Notes: generated by a model from the sequence alone, not told the origin. 64,000 nucleotides of DNA from an uncultured Methanosarcinales archaeon (GCA_964544335.1 CAZJAJ010000003.1:11589-75588), one strand, 5' to 3'; shown: positions 9,794 to 19,713, numbered from the stretch's first letter. Translations and numbers: made by a program.

Positions 9794-9867
9794 AAGTATA
9801 AATCCCCCTTACTCTGTATATTGCAGAAATAGGGTTTTAAAAGTTTTTCCTTGAATAGGAGTCCATC

Positions 9868-10557
9868 TTACTTTTTTACTTCAAAGAAATTACCAAGTAT
9901 ACACCTTACCTTGAATTTTGGCCTGCATTTTACATACAGATAATCAACTAAGAATAAAGGAGACATGAGTATAAATAGTAAAAACCGTAATTTTAAGATT
10001 TTTGGAATAAAAAATCTCATGTGATAATATAATAAAAAGAAAGGACCTAGTGCAAAACAGGTAATTTTTACATGTGAAAAATTTGCCTCATTAAAGTGCT
10101 TTTCAAGATAACGATACGTAAATCTACAATAATCATCAGGATCAGGATGATATCCTATTGAAAAAGGAACAAAACCAACCATGCTTCCTCCTTTTTTAAG
10201 AATTCTGTTGATTTCATGAGTCATTTGTTGATAATTAAAAATGTGCTCATACACATTAAAACAGAGTGCATGATCAAAAGAATTATCTTCGAGATTAAAT
10301 TTATCTTCGAGATTTAGTTTTATGACACCCTCACCTTCATCAAAAAAATCAGTTTTAATTATTGAAGCATTTTCACCATATGTAATATGATTATGGTAAC
10401 TGTGTTTTCCCGTACCTGATCCCAAATCTATAATTTTTCCATCCAACGAAATATTTTCAAGAGCATCGAGTGTGAGAATTCTAATTGGCGTTTTATTATG
10501 AAATATTCCTTTTAGAAGCATGAGCCATGTTTTGGTGGTGAAGGTATTGTATTGCAT
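9868..10557 (-). CDS. class I SAM-dependent methyltransferase
   Basis: IIDLGSGTG, FNVYEHI and HPDPDDYCRFT motifs. Confidence 0.85.
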   Translation of the reverse strand: MQYNTFTTKTWLMLLKGIFHNKTPIRILTLDALENISLDGKIIDLGSGTGKHSYHNHITYGENASIIKTDFFDEGEGVIKLNLEDKFNLEDNSFDHALCFNVYEHIFNYQQMTHEINRILKKGGSMVGFVPFSIGYHPDPDDYCRFTYRYLEKHFNEANFSHVKITCFALGPFFLLYYHMRFFIPKILKLRFLLFILMSPLFLVDYLYVKCRPKFKVRCILGNFFEVKK

Positions 10558-10598
10558 ACACTTTTTGTTTATCTTTTATTTAAATGTCTTTCTAGACT

Positions 10599-11363
10599 CT
10601 ATTTTAGTCTTCTTACAAAGGTGAGAAATGCAGTGTGGCCAAGGCCATCAGATACTGGACGTACTGCTTTTTGCTTTACTTTCCATTTTCGGGCAATAAT
10701 TTCTTGTGTTTTTATCCACATGAGCCCATCATCTTCATGTATTTGATTGCAAAATTCTTGAATTTGCACTGTTGATGGGACGTATGCTACGATGAAACCG
10801 CCAATTTTTACTGCTTTTTTTGCAGTTTCTATACATGTCCATGGTTCTGGCATGTCAAGAATGACTGCGTCAACGTTTTCTTGATCAATTTTTTTTGATA
10901 CATCTTGTAGTTTGAATGTTACATTTTCTATGTGTAAATTTTTGATGTTCTGTTTTGCTATTGCAAAATGTTCTTCATTTATGTCATAGGAGTAGACGTG
11001 TTTAATTAAGCGTGCTAGAAAACAGGTAAGCGCTCCAGACCCAGATCCTGCTTCTACAACGATTGAATCTTTTGTTAGCCCTGTTTCTGCAAGAATGATT
11101 CCTGCGTCTTTTGGCGTTATTACTTGTGCACCTCGTTTTACATGTGTCATGTCATCTACTGCAGTTGCATCAAAACATGAGAATACGTCACCTTTGTTGG
11201 TAGTTACTTCATTATTGTTGAAGTCTTCTTTTTTTATGGTACCTTCTTCGATGTGCACGTCTTGATCTGTTTTTCTGATGTAGTAGGTTCTAGGTTTTGC
11301 AATAGTCTTCTCTCTACCTTCTACTACAATCTTTTTTCCTTTGTTCATCAAGACTTTTGCCAT
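10599..11363 (-). CDS. trmI: tRNA (adenine-N1)-methyltransferase
   Basis: QVITPKDAG, EAGSGSGALT, LDMPEPW and GHTAFL. Confidence 0.93.
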   Translation of the reverse strand: MAKVLMNKGKKIVVEGREKTIAKPRTYYIRKTDQDVHIEEGTIKKEDFNNNEVTTNKGDVFSCFDATAVDDMTHVKRGAQVITPKDAGIILAETGLTKDSIVVEAGSGSGALTCFLARLIKHVYSYDINEEHFAIAKQNIKNLHIENVTFKLQDVSKKIDQENVDAVILDMPEPWTCIETAKKAVKIGGFIVAYVPSTVQIQEFCNQIHEDDGLMWIKTQEIIARKWKVKQKAVRPVSDGLGHTAFLTFVRRLK

Positions 11364-11399
11364 GTAGTAGAGAATTGAGGATGGCTTTAAAAAACTACC

Positions 11400-11933
11400 T
11401 TATGAAAGTCTTTCTAGAAGGACTCTCTGCCTCTTATAATCAGGTATTTTCACACTGTTTAGAATGTTTTGTGGATTTGATGTTGGAAAATTATCTATTG
11501 CTGCATCATTCCATTCTCTTTTCTTGGGATCAAAATGATCACCACGATAGGATTGTAGCCATTCAAAAGGCATTATTGGAAATTGTATTCCATTTATTCT
11601 TGCAGTATTTGTGAAAGCATCCTTTTTTGTTATTTCTCTTCGTCTATTCCCATGGGTGATGTAACAACTATCATCTTCATGTATGAGTAATAGACCGATA
11701 TGTGTGTTATTTTTTTGAAATTCAAAGATGTTACTTTTTTTATATGTCTCAAACCCTTCATTTTCAAAGACTCTTCTTAGTGATGTGAACTGATCTTGTT
11801 TTAGACAGACATCAAGATCTTCATGCTCCCTTGGTTTTGAGGAGAATGGTTCAAGTGCCCACCCACCAAAGATGTAGTATTCAAATGGTTGTAGTAAGTC
11901 AATGGTACTTTGAAGATCTTGCAGGGTAAACAT
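11400..11933 (-). CDS. nucleotidyltransferase (Lnu/ANT(2'')-like fold)
   Basis: GGWALE...REHEDLDV nucleotidyltransferase signature. Confidence 0.75.
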   Translation of the reverse strand: MFTLQDLQSTIDLLQPFEYYIFGGWALEPFSSKPREHEDLDVCLKQDQFTSLRRVFENEGFETYKKSNIFEFQKNNTHIGLLLIHEDDSCYITHGNRRREITKKDAFTNTARINGIQFPIMPFEWLQSYRGDHFDPKKREWNDAAIDNFPTSNPQNILNSVKIPDYKRQRVLLERLS

Positions 11934-11997
11934 GTATGGTGAGAATGATTGTGGTATTAAAAAGACTTAGAATAAAATAAGAAAAAAAAGAAAAAAA

Positions 11998-12624
11998 CTA
12001 ATCAACTCGGATTGAGAAGTCAGTAATTCCATAGAGTTTTGGACTTCCGCCTTCAAGTTGATCTGCATTATGGTTAAGAATTCTAAAGACATATGTTGCC
12101 TTCATGGTATCTACGCCTGGAGCAATTTCATCACCCACTGTAAATTGAATTGTTACTACTTCCATTCCATTTCTATCAACGCTAACTACACTTACTCTTT
12201 CTGAGTCTAGCCATCTCATGATAGTATCAGCATCTGCTTGTTGAATAGGATTCATGTAGGTGTCTCTTGCTTCAACAAATTCAACGGTTTGTTGTACATT
12301 TAGTTGATCAAGACCCGGATTGGTAATTCCGTGAGCAAATGCATAGGTGTCGCCAACTTCTAATTTTTTGTTGGTAGGCATTATTTTAAAGTAGTCGCCT
12401 ATTTTTAGGATGCCTTCTAATTTTTCAACATTATCAAGACCCATTACTTCTTTATCATCATCCATGGTGTCCATCATGTCTGGTTCATCATCCATTTCTA
12501 CTGCATCATCATCCATTGCAGGCATATCATCATCTACTACTTCTGCTTGTTGCTCTGCTGGAGCTGCACATCCAACGAGTGCAACTAGTGCAATAAGCGC
12601 CATTACTAACAAAATGTGTTTCAT
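11998..12624 (-). CDS. hypothetical lipoprotein with Asp/Met-rich linker
   Basis: Signal peptide with lipobox LVGC; low-complexity segment DDDMPAMDDD... Confidence 0.7.
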   Translation of the reverse strand: MKHILLVMALIALVALVGCAAPAEQQAEVVDDDMPAMDDDAVEMDDEPDMMDTMDDDKEVMGLDNVEKLEGILKIGDYFKIMPTNKKLEVGDTYAFAHGITNPGLDQLNVQQTVEFVEARDTYMNPIQQADADTIMRWLDSERVSVVSVDRNGMEVVTIQFTVGDEIAPGVDTMKATYVFRILNHNADQLEGGSPKLYGITDFSIRVD

Positions 12625-12684
12625 AGTAATTCCTGTGTATTTAAGAGTATAAAAGATTTGTTATGTTCAATATCCGCACAAAAC

Positions 12685-12692
12685 TTTATAAA
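12685..12692 (+). promoter_or_regulatory. TATA box of tRNA-Cys
   Basis: TTTATAAA about 25 nt upstream of the tRNA 5' end. Confidence 0.6.
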
Positions 12693-12716
12693 AACGCTTT
12701 GTCGACCAGTAGGTAT

Positions 12717-12825
12717 GCGGAGGTAGCCAAGCGGTAAGGCATTCGGCTGCAACGGGATGATGAGCACCTAAGTGCTGTGACTGATAGATCCCGAAGATTC
12801 GTGGGTTCGATCCCCACCCTCCGCT
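12717..12825 (+). tRNA. tRNA-Cys(GCA) with a 37-nt intron at position 37/38 (intron 12753-12789)
   Basis: Acceptor GCGGAGG/CCTCCGC, discriminator U73, anticodon stem TTCGG/CCGAA, loop CT-GCA-A, T arm GTGGG-TTCGATC-CCCAC; relaxed BHB (CTGC paired with ATAG). Confidence 0.9.
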
Positions 12826-13487
12826 TTCACTTTCATACATTCTTCTAAACGTTCTGCTTTAGCTATTGAAGAAAATCCAATATTGTACGAAAAGGCAGAG
12901 ATGTGAGATGGTCTGATCTCAATCTTAAGCGTCTTGCTTAAAGACCCGTCCTTTCTTTTATTGCCCGCGGACAATCTGATTCCAGACGTTTTAACACCAA
13001 ATTCGAGTAGCATTGATTTAATTTGTCTAAAATACTCCATAGCATCTGTAATGAGCTCTTCATTTTTGTTCATTGTATATGTTAATCTCCACCTTCCTGA
13101 ACTCTCACAAAAAATACTTCCCTCAGCATCATAAATTGACTGTAAATAAGCCTTCTTCACTTCAGATTTACCTTTGTAAATCCAAGAAGGAACTTTAAAA
13201 GGAATATTAGTTTTATTTCCAACAGGCACACCATATTGCTTTAGATATGCGGATATTTTCTTATTTGAAAAGAATAGTTTGTATCTAAGGTTATTTCCTC
13301 GACGGTCTTCATGGCATGATCCCGTGATGCCAAATACTTCTTTACAGTATTGTTGGAATTGTTTTACTTCTTCTATTTGCTTTGAGTAAAAAGAAAAAAC
13401 ACCTCTTCTACTATCAAGCTGTAAATGACCGTCCGTTGTTAGAAGGGCAACGATTTTTGCAAGAATTTCATTAGATTTGGAATGCAT
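12768..13487 (-). CDS. free-standing double-motif LAGLIDADG homing endonuclease
   Basis: LAKIVALLTTDG and KAYLQSIYDAEG motifs, GVPVGNK..VPSWI linker, NIGFS C-terminal motif; no intein Hint motifs. Confidence 0.85.
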   Translation of the reverse strand: MHSKSNEILAKIVALLTTDGHLQLDSRRGVFSFYSKQIEEVKQFQQYCKEVFGITGSCHEDRRGNNLRYKLFFSNKKISAYLKQYGVPVGNKTNIPFKVPSWIYKGKSEVKKAYLQSIYDAEGSIFCESSGRWRLTYTMNKNEELITDAMEYFRQIKSMLLEFGVKTSGIRLSAGNKRKDGSLSKTLKIEIRPSHISAFSYNIGFSSIAKAERLEECMKVKAEGGDRTHESSGSISHST

Positions 13488-13539
13488 GCTACTTGAATAT
13501 TTTTTTAATTATAAAATCTGCTCTAGAATTTGTCCAGTG

Positions 13540-13548
13540 AAAAAAAAA
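13540..13548 (-). terminator. oligo-T terminator of tRNA-Arg
   Basis: T9 run immediately after the discriminator base. Confidence 0.6.
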
Positions 13549-13623
13549 CGGTCCCGCTGGGATTCGAACCCAGGATCTACAGCTTAGAAGGCTGTCGCGT
13601 TATCCAGGCTACGCTACGGGACC
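13549..13623 (-). tRNA. tRNA-Arg(TCT)
   Basis: Acceptor GGTCCCG/CGGGACC, anticodon arm ACAGC-CT-TCT-AA-GCTGT, T loop GGTTCGAATCC; TATA at 13649-13656. Confidence 0.96.
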
Positions 13624-13711
13624 AATAGAAGGTAGGGAAGATAGAACTTTTATAAATGTTTAGGGTCGTCTTGGGCTTATCTTTTTATGTTCTAATTGAT
13701 ATCTTATAGAT

Positions 13712-14101
13712 ATGAGTCATATTGTTCCACCACTTGCAAAACCTACACTTGAGATGTTTCTTAGACATAATAGGATGGGCGTAAAAAATGTTGAACTAAA
13801 AGCCGAGGGAGAATACATTGCATCAGCATATCTTCCTGATGTGGGAAACCTTACCTTGAATATTCTTAAAGGTGAAGAATCATTTGAAATTCCCGGGTGT
13901 GATTATTTTGGACGACAAGTTGTTGATGTTTTTCATTATCGACTTGTGGGTGAGCTATACATGATTCCACTTTCACTACATACCGTACTGTCAATAAATA
14001 CTGTTTATACAAAAGATGGGAAAGTATGTGATGAAGGAAGTAATTTTAGATTTATTCGAAAAGACACTGCAAAAGAAATTACTTTTCTTGAAGATTTTTA
14101 A
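13712..14101 (+). CDS. hypothetical protein
   Basis: 129-aa ATG ORF filling the gap; no recognised motif. Confidence 0.55.
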   Translation: MSHIVPPLAKPTLEMFLRHNRMGVKNVELKAEGEYIASAYLPDVGNLTLNILKGEESFEIPGCDYFGRQVVDVFHYRLVGELYMIPLSLHTVLSINTVYTKDGKVCDEGSNFRFIRKDTAKEITFLEDF

Positions 14102-15108
14102 TTAAAGATACAATCAGGTGCATAGGTGTATACAAATTGTGTGTTTGCACTGAGTGTTGCATATGATGTAATTTGTAGCGGGAAGAGCATTCTTAATTCA
14201 TTGATGAGTTCATGAAATTCATTTTGTTTTTTTACGGCAACATACATCATAATATTATATCGTCCAATGGTTTTGACAGCCCAAAGAAGGTGATCATTTT
14301 GTTCAGTGTATGTTTTGAGTGTATTCTCTTTTTGTTCATCCATGCTGGTGATATTCATGAGGACTGCATGAATGCTGTATCCTAGCGTTCCATATTGGAT
14401 GATGGGAATGTATCCTAGAATAATTCCCCCTTGCATGTGTTTCATGCGATATCTTACGATGTCTGTTGAGAGTTTTGCTTCTTTTGCAATATCAACTACC
14501 GATTTTGTTGCATTGTTACGTAATACTTTTAGGATTGCTTTGTCTTTTTCATCAATATCTGTTTCCTTCTTTTTTGAACGATCGTATTTTTGACTGAGGG
14601 TGAAGCTTTCTGGAAGTGCTCCGCTTTTGAATCCTTTAGTAATTGTGAGGAGCTCTACTTCCTGTACTAAACTTCCAACTGATTTCATAAGTGTTGAGAG
14701 TTTTTCATCAAATGCTCTTGGCGATTTTGCAATGATGGCAACTTGAAAATCATATGGGCCATAAAATTTTACTACAGATCGTATGAAATCAAATGACTGT
14801 AGTGCATCAACAAGTGTTTTTTCAACTTTTGGAGATGGATTAGTTAAACGTAAAAACAAATGATAGGCATCATATCCTAGTAGTGCGGTGTCAACAATAG
14901 TTCTGTATCCTTTTATGACACCTTGGTCTTCAAATTTTTGTATGCGATATTTTATTGCATCTCTTGATAGACGAAGTTCTTTTGCAATTTTTGATGTTGA
15001 TAGCCTTGCATCTTTGCTTATTGCATAGAGTAGTTTTTTGTCTTTTGCATCTAATTTTGCTTCTATGCACGGTTTTTGATTGTTTGCGTAGGTTTTAAGA
15101 AACTTCAC
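14098..15108 (-). CDS. tandem-duplicated Lrp/AsnC-family regulator
   Basis: Two HTH+RAM units (LDAKDKKLL..DARLS and IDEKDKAIL..NATKS); GGAGGT RBS before the GTG start. Confidence 0.88.
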   Translation of the reverse strand: MKFLKTYANNQKPCIEAKLDAKDKKLLYAISKDARLSTSKIAKELRLSRDAIKYRIQKFEDQGVIKGYRTIVDTALLGYDAYHLFLRLTNPSPKVEKTLVDALQSFDFIRSVVKFYGPYDFQVAIIAKSPRAFDEKLSTLMKSVGSLVQEVELLTITKGFKSGALPESFTLSQKYDRSKKKETDIDEKDKAILKVLRNNATKSVVDIAKEAKLSTDIVRYRMKHMQGGIILGYIPIIQYGTLGYSIHAVLMNITSMDEQKENTLKTYTEQNDHLLWAVKTIGRYNIMMYVAVKKQNEFHELINELRMLFPLQITSYATLSANTQFVYTYAPDCIFN

Positions 15109-15215
15109 AATACCTCCAAAATGGATTTTCTATATAAAATTTCCCATTTTCACGTATTTTTTACTAAGAGATTACTTATTGTTTGCTTCGCTTACTAGAT
15201 GTAGGAGGTGGTATT

Positions 15216-15842
15216 ATGACCACAGAACTTTGCTCACATTTGATGAGATATGCAACAGCAAGAATGGCACGATTGCCATATCACAATAAGGACCATGTTG
15301 GTTTTGTATTTAGAACAAGTAATCAGCTCGGATGTGCTGAAGGATTTAATCAGCGAGAGCTTGACATGACACGAGATGCTGCTGCCTTGCACGATATCAT
15401 CTATAGGGTGGGCGCAAAAGATAATGAAATAAGAAGTGCAGAAGTTGCACGAAACTTACTTGGTAAACAGGGGTATGAAGATGAGCGTCTTGCGATTATT
15501 GCACAAGCCATTGAAGCAACGCAACTTCCACAACATCCTGAGACTGTTGTTGCACAAGCACTGTGTGATGCAGATCTTGCAGGGCTTGGTATGCAGCGTT
15601 TTTGGAGAGACACTGAACTAGTACGACAAGAGTTTGGTGTTGAAGATCAACTCAAATGGTACAGCGGCGTTAGAAAATTATTAGAAGGCCAAACATACTT
15701 TACTGTTGCAGCACGAGATGCGTACCAGAGAGGTGTTGATAAAAATATTAAATTTGTTGGGACACTCATTGACAGACTAGAAGGCGAAGATAAAATTGAA
15801 CCTGTAGAGTTTGGTCGATTGCTTTGGCATGCTAGTGCTTAG
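15216..15842 (+). CDS. HD-domain metal-dependent phosphohydrolase
   Basis: LPYHNKDH, AAALHD, DNEIRSA and LCDADL motifs; GGAGGTGG RBS. Confidence 0.85.
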   Translation: MTTELCSHLMRYATARMARLPYHNKDHVGFVFRTSNQLGCAEGFNQRELDMTRDAAALHDIIYRVGAKDNEIRSAEVARNLLGKQGYEDERLAIIAQAIEATQLPQHPETVVAQALCDADLAGLGMQRFWRDTELVRQEFGVEDQLKWYSGVRKLLEGQTYFTVAARDAYQRGVDKNIKFVGTLIDRLEGEDKIEPVEFGRLLWHASA

Positions 15843-15844
15843 GA

Positions 15845-16602
15845 CTAACGTTTATTTTTTCTTTTTGATATGTTCCACAAGTTATTGAAGTAGTCAAGAA
15901 AAGAGTTTGCTAGTGCTTTTGAAGTAATAAGTACTTGGATTCCTTCTACATCCCATGCAATCACGAGTATTTTTGATTTTGAGATTACAATAGAAGAAGG
16001 ATTGTGTATGTTTGTAAATTTTATATCGATGTTCTTTAATGTACCATACCATTTTTTAGGGTCTTTAGTTGATTGATGATATATTGCTTTTACACCTATT
16101 CCTTTTTCTTTAACTGAAGCAAAAAAATTCTGAAGAGTGATTTTATAGTTTTGGGGTATGTCATCTTTTGTACCAAGGACATAGAATTCATCTCCTTTTT
16201 TGAGATCCATTATGAAATCACCAAGTGATGATCTGTATCCTTTTACACCAACATACATTTGAGCACTTTTTTTTCATGCATACTTTGAAGAACATTAAAG
16301 TACGGTAAAGAGTTTTCAACACTTTTTTTAAGATCATCAATTTCGTCCTTTTTTTCATTTAGTATTTCAATAAGACGCTGTGGATTTGTTGGAATAAATT
16401 CCTTTACTCCATCAACCAGTATTTCTGAGACTAATCCTTTCTTTTCTAGTTTTGAGAGAATAATGTATGATTTTGAATTAGAAATACCTGATTTTTCAAC
16501 GATGGGACCTGCAGTTGACTGCCCTATTTGTAGTAAAGCAAGATATACCTTTGATTCACCTTCCGTTAAGCCTATTTTTTCAAGTGTTTTTTTAACATCC
16601 AT
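15845..16602 (-). pseudogene. TrmB-family regulator split by a frameshift at an A8 run
   Basis: ORF 16243-16602 encodes the wHTH (LEKIGLTEGESKVYLALL) and ORF 15845-16258 the effector domain; one extra A (a -1 slip) at 16267-16274 joins them as HEKKSAQMYVGVKG. Confidence 0.75.
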
Positions 16603-16662
16603 GACCCCTCAAGGGGGCGAGAGAATATAAGTACTTCTTACCACTTACTGGTAGTACAGATT

Positions 16663-16878
16663 ATGGCAACTACTGCCATAGGAGAATTACACATGAGCAT
16701 TGAAAATAGTTTATTTTACAATAAATGGAAAGCATACCATGATGATGAAATGAGAATTGCTGATGAAGAAAGACAAAAAAAGGGAATAGAATACATAAGA
16801 CATGGAAAAACCATAGATTATGTTATTGAAACCGATCCACATACAGGAAAAAGAAACACATACATGGTTAACTTTTAG
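16663..16878 (+). CDS. small hypothetical protein
   Basis: 71-aa ORF divergent from TrmB, TATA-like element upstream. Confidence 0.45.
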   Translation: MATTAIGELHMSIENSLFYNKWKAYHDDEMRIADEERQKKGIEYIRHGKTIDYVIETDPHTGKRNTYMVNF

Positions 16879-16897
16879 AAAAAATACCTAGATTGCT

Positions 16898-17977
16898 CTA
16901 AGGCAACCATTTCTTTTTGTTTTTTATTTTTTCAGGTAAGTACTTCTCGATTACGTAGTTGAGTCCGTGCGCTGCAAATGCTTGCTGCTCTACTCTGACT
17001 TTCATCTTTGCCATTTTTTCAAGTGCTTTTTGCCACTCTTTGTGATGTTGTACGAATGGATCGTTCTTGATACCATCTTTGATACGTTTTAGATCAACAT
17101 CTTTTAGTGGGTGCGTTGGAATTTTGTAATCGTCAATGTCACCTGGTGTTACACCAATGAACTTTGCGTTAGGTACGCAGAAGTATTCGTTGATGTGTGC
17201 TGCGTTACCTGAACCTACTTTGAGTGTTCGGTAGATGTTAAGGTAACCGTATGGATCCCCATCTGTGAATACGTAGACAGGGAGTTTTTGGGAATCACTA
17301 AGTCTTCTTATGAATCGTCTTAGTGCACGCGTTGGGACCCCACCCATACTGATTAAAATGCAATTTGCTTTTTTGTAATAATTATGTTTTACAAGTCGTT
17401 GAAACATACCCGCAGTTTCAATTGCAAGAATAAAGCTTGCTTTTGTTTCAAATTGTAGATGTTCTGTTGATGAGGGTACGGAGTATGCACCGCTCCCAAA
17501 TTTGGTACAATCTACTTTGATTTCTTTTCCGGTGTTTGGATCAACATCAATTACGATGAGTTCACCTGCAACATCTCCGCCTTTTTCTTCTGGGATGAAT
17601 CCTAACTGTTCACGGTTTACGCCAAGCATTGCTTCTACGTCATCCATTACGGTGTCAGATTCAGGTTGCTCTTTAAAGCGAGCATCGCCCCAGTTTTTAG
17701 ATACGTAGTATGCTTCTCTCTTTGTTGCCATGTCATCTCTACTTACGATGTCTTTTGAGAGTGCCATCATACGCAATGTTTGTGCGAATGTTTTGATCGT
17801 TGCTGCAGTAAGTGTTCGCTCTTTTGTTTTACCTAGTTGTTTGAAATAGCCATCTTTTTCATTATACTCTACATTTGAGAGTGAACGAATAGGTGTTTCA
17901 ACTACTGGTTGTTTTTTCTTTAGGATTGTTTTGTAAATATTATTTGATATTTTTTGGATGCCATCAATTACTTTCAT
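16898..17977 (-). CDS. top6A: DNA topoisomerase VI subunit A
   Basis: TKREAYY catalytic Tyr region, QPESD, TOPRIM motifs AIET and FTDGDPYG. Confidence 0.96.
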   Translation of the reverse strand: MKVIDGIQKISNNIYKTILKKKQPVVETPIRSLSNVEYNEKDGYFKQLGKTKERTLTAATIKTFAQTLRMMALSKDIVSRDDMATKREAYYVSKNWGDARFKEQPESDTVMDDVEAMLGVNREQLGFIPEEKGGDVAGELIVIDVDPNTGKEIKVDCTKFGSGAYSVPSSTEHLQFETKASFILAIETAGMFQRLVKHNYYKKANCILISMGGVPTRALRRFIRRLSDSQKLPVYVFTDGDPYGYLNIYRTLKVGSGNAAHINEYFCVPNAKFIGVTPGDIDDYKIPTHPLKDVDLKRIKDGIKNDPFVQHHKEWQKALEKMAKMKVRVEQQAFAAHGLNYVIEKYLPEKIKNKKKWLP

Positions 17978-19641
17978 TGTTCATCCTCCTCATTTTCTTC
18001 TTCTTCGCCTTCATCTGCTTTTCCTATTTTTGCAAAGTTTTCATCATAATCAGGATTGTCAATTTTTCCTACTTCTGCAACTTTTCCTCGTGAACTTTCA
18101 AGTATTTTTTCGAGTAATTCTTGGATTTTTTTATCATCTTCATCTTTGAGTTCAAGGAGTTCTTTGAGTGCGTCTGCAACGTGTGGAATGTATTTTTCAA
18201 TGTAGCTTCGTTTCTTTAATTCAAGTCCCACACGTTTCTTTTTGTTTACGTATGATCCGAGCTTTCTTCCACATTCTTGGATTGCGAGTTTCATTTCTTT
18301 GAGAATTTCATCATATGATGCAATTGCTTCTTTGGATTCTGATGTGAATGGTACCCATACGGATGCGATGTGTACTACAATACTAATTGCTCCAACTGGC
18401 ACGTTTGATCCTGATTGTTGTAGACCATAGGGTCTCCAGTTTACTTGGGTTACTGCTTTGTTTACAGCGCCTGCTGATTGTTGGAAGAGAAGTGGTACTC
18501 TGTTTGCAAAGCGAATGAGTCGTGCTGCCTTATCTCCTTTTTGTTCTCCACCATAGGCAAGTGCTACTTCAACAACAAATGGATTACCTCTGTATACGCT
18601 TGCAGGTCTTGAAACTGATGCGTAGAATTCTGCATTGATTTCTTTTCTTAGACCTTTTTCAAGATTTTCTGCACCTATTGGTGAAATACAATCGGTTGGC
18701 GGTGATGAGATCTTTGTTTTTCTAATCCCTTTGAGAATTTTCTCTGCCATATCTCTGTTAATATCTTTTGGCTTTACGTTTGGCAAGATTGCTGCGTGTT
18801 CGCAAATTTCTTTTGCCGTTCCAGCACCCACTCTTGAGAATTCAGAGGTTAAGAATGATTGTAGTGTTCGAGATTCGGTGTAGGAAAGCATTCTTATGAG
18901 CATACCCAGTTCAATACCATATGGGTGTGGTTTGATTTCTTTTGGTGTTGGTGGGAGTTCTTCTACTGCTCGTGCAAAGATGTATTGCTCTGCTCTCGGA
19001 TTAGTATAGATGATTGTGGTGTGTGGATTTGCAATTGCGGTTTGTTTGAGATATTCATCAATGGATTGTGATCCTTTTTGATAAGTTGCTTCCAGATCAA
19101 GCTCTACTCTGGTACCGTGTTCTTTTTTCCACTCTTTTGTAGATTCACTTACAATGTCTGGTTTGTTATTTTCAGTATCTAGTTTGAGCTCAAGAAAATT
19201 TGCTTGTTTATTTTTGCCTGTTTTTGAGGTGATTTTTGCAGGTTTTCCTGTGGTGAGTTGTGCGTACATGACAGATGCTGAAATACCAATACCTTGTTGT
19301 CCTCGTGTTTGAGAAAGTTTGTGGAATTTAGAACCGTAAAGAAGTTTTGCAAAGATTTTAGGAAGTTGTGCTTTTACGATACCTGGACCGTTGTCTTCAA
19401 CAATCACTCTAAATCGTTTATCACCAAGTTCAATGACTTCAACAATGATTTCAGGTAAGATTCCTGCTTCTTCACATGCATCAAGAGAGTTATCTACTGC
19501 TTCCTTGATGGTGGTCATTAATGCTTTTCTTGGGTTATCAAATCCGAGTAAATGTCTGTTCTTTTCAAAGAATGCTGCAACGGAAATTTCACGTTGTTTT
19601 GTTGCCATTTCTTCAGCAGCGCTGAGTTTTGTTTGAGCCAT
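17974..19641 (-). CDS. top6B: DNA topoisomerase VI subunit B
   Basis: [28 protein letters not shown] and RFANRVPL. Confidence 0.97.
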   Translation of the reverse strand: MAQTKLSAAEEMATKQREISVAAFFEKNRHLLGFDNPRKALMTTIKEAVDNSLDACEEAGILPEIIVEVIELGDKRFRVIVEDNGPGIVKAQLPKIFAKLLYGSKFHKLSQTRGQQGIGISASVMYAQLTTGKPAKITSKTGKNKQANFLELKLDTENNKPDIVSESTKEWKKEHGTRVELDLEATYQKGSQSIDEYLKQTAIANPHTTIIYTNPRAEQYIFARAVEELPPTPKEIKPHPYGIELGMLIRMLSYTESRTLQSFLTSEFSRVGAGTAKEICEHAAILPNVKPKDINRDMAEKILKGIRKTKISSPPTDCISPIGAENLEKGLRKEINAEFYASVSRPASVYRGNPFVVEVALAYGGEQKGDKAARLIRFANRVPLLFQQSAGAVNKAVTQVNWRPYGLQQSGSNVPVGAISIVVHIASVWVPFTSESKEAIASYDEILKEMKLAIQECGRKLGSYVNKKKRVGLELKKRSYIEKYIPHVADALKELLELKDEDDKKIQELLEKILESSRGKVAEVGKIDNPDYDENFAKIGKADEGEEEENEEDEQ

Positions 19642-19713
19642 CTGTGATAGAGCTTCTGGGGGGTTTTATAAAATTTACTATGAGGTTTATAATTTATCGA
19701 CGATAGAATTTGT

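Noticed and set aside
12749..12751. Reassigning the intron-containing tRNA as tRNA-Tyr
   Set aside because: The anticodon reads GCA, the discriminator is U73 and the first pair is G1-C72, all consistent with Cys; only the intron helix fits a CTGT loop better.
12768..13487. LAGLIDADG ORF as part of an intein or group I intron
   Set aside because: There is no N-terminal Cys/Ser Hint block, no C-terminal HN, no interrupted host protein and no room for a ribozyme core.
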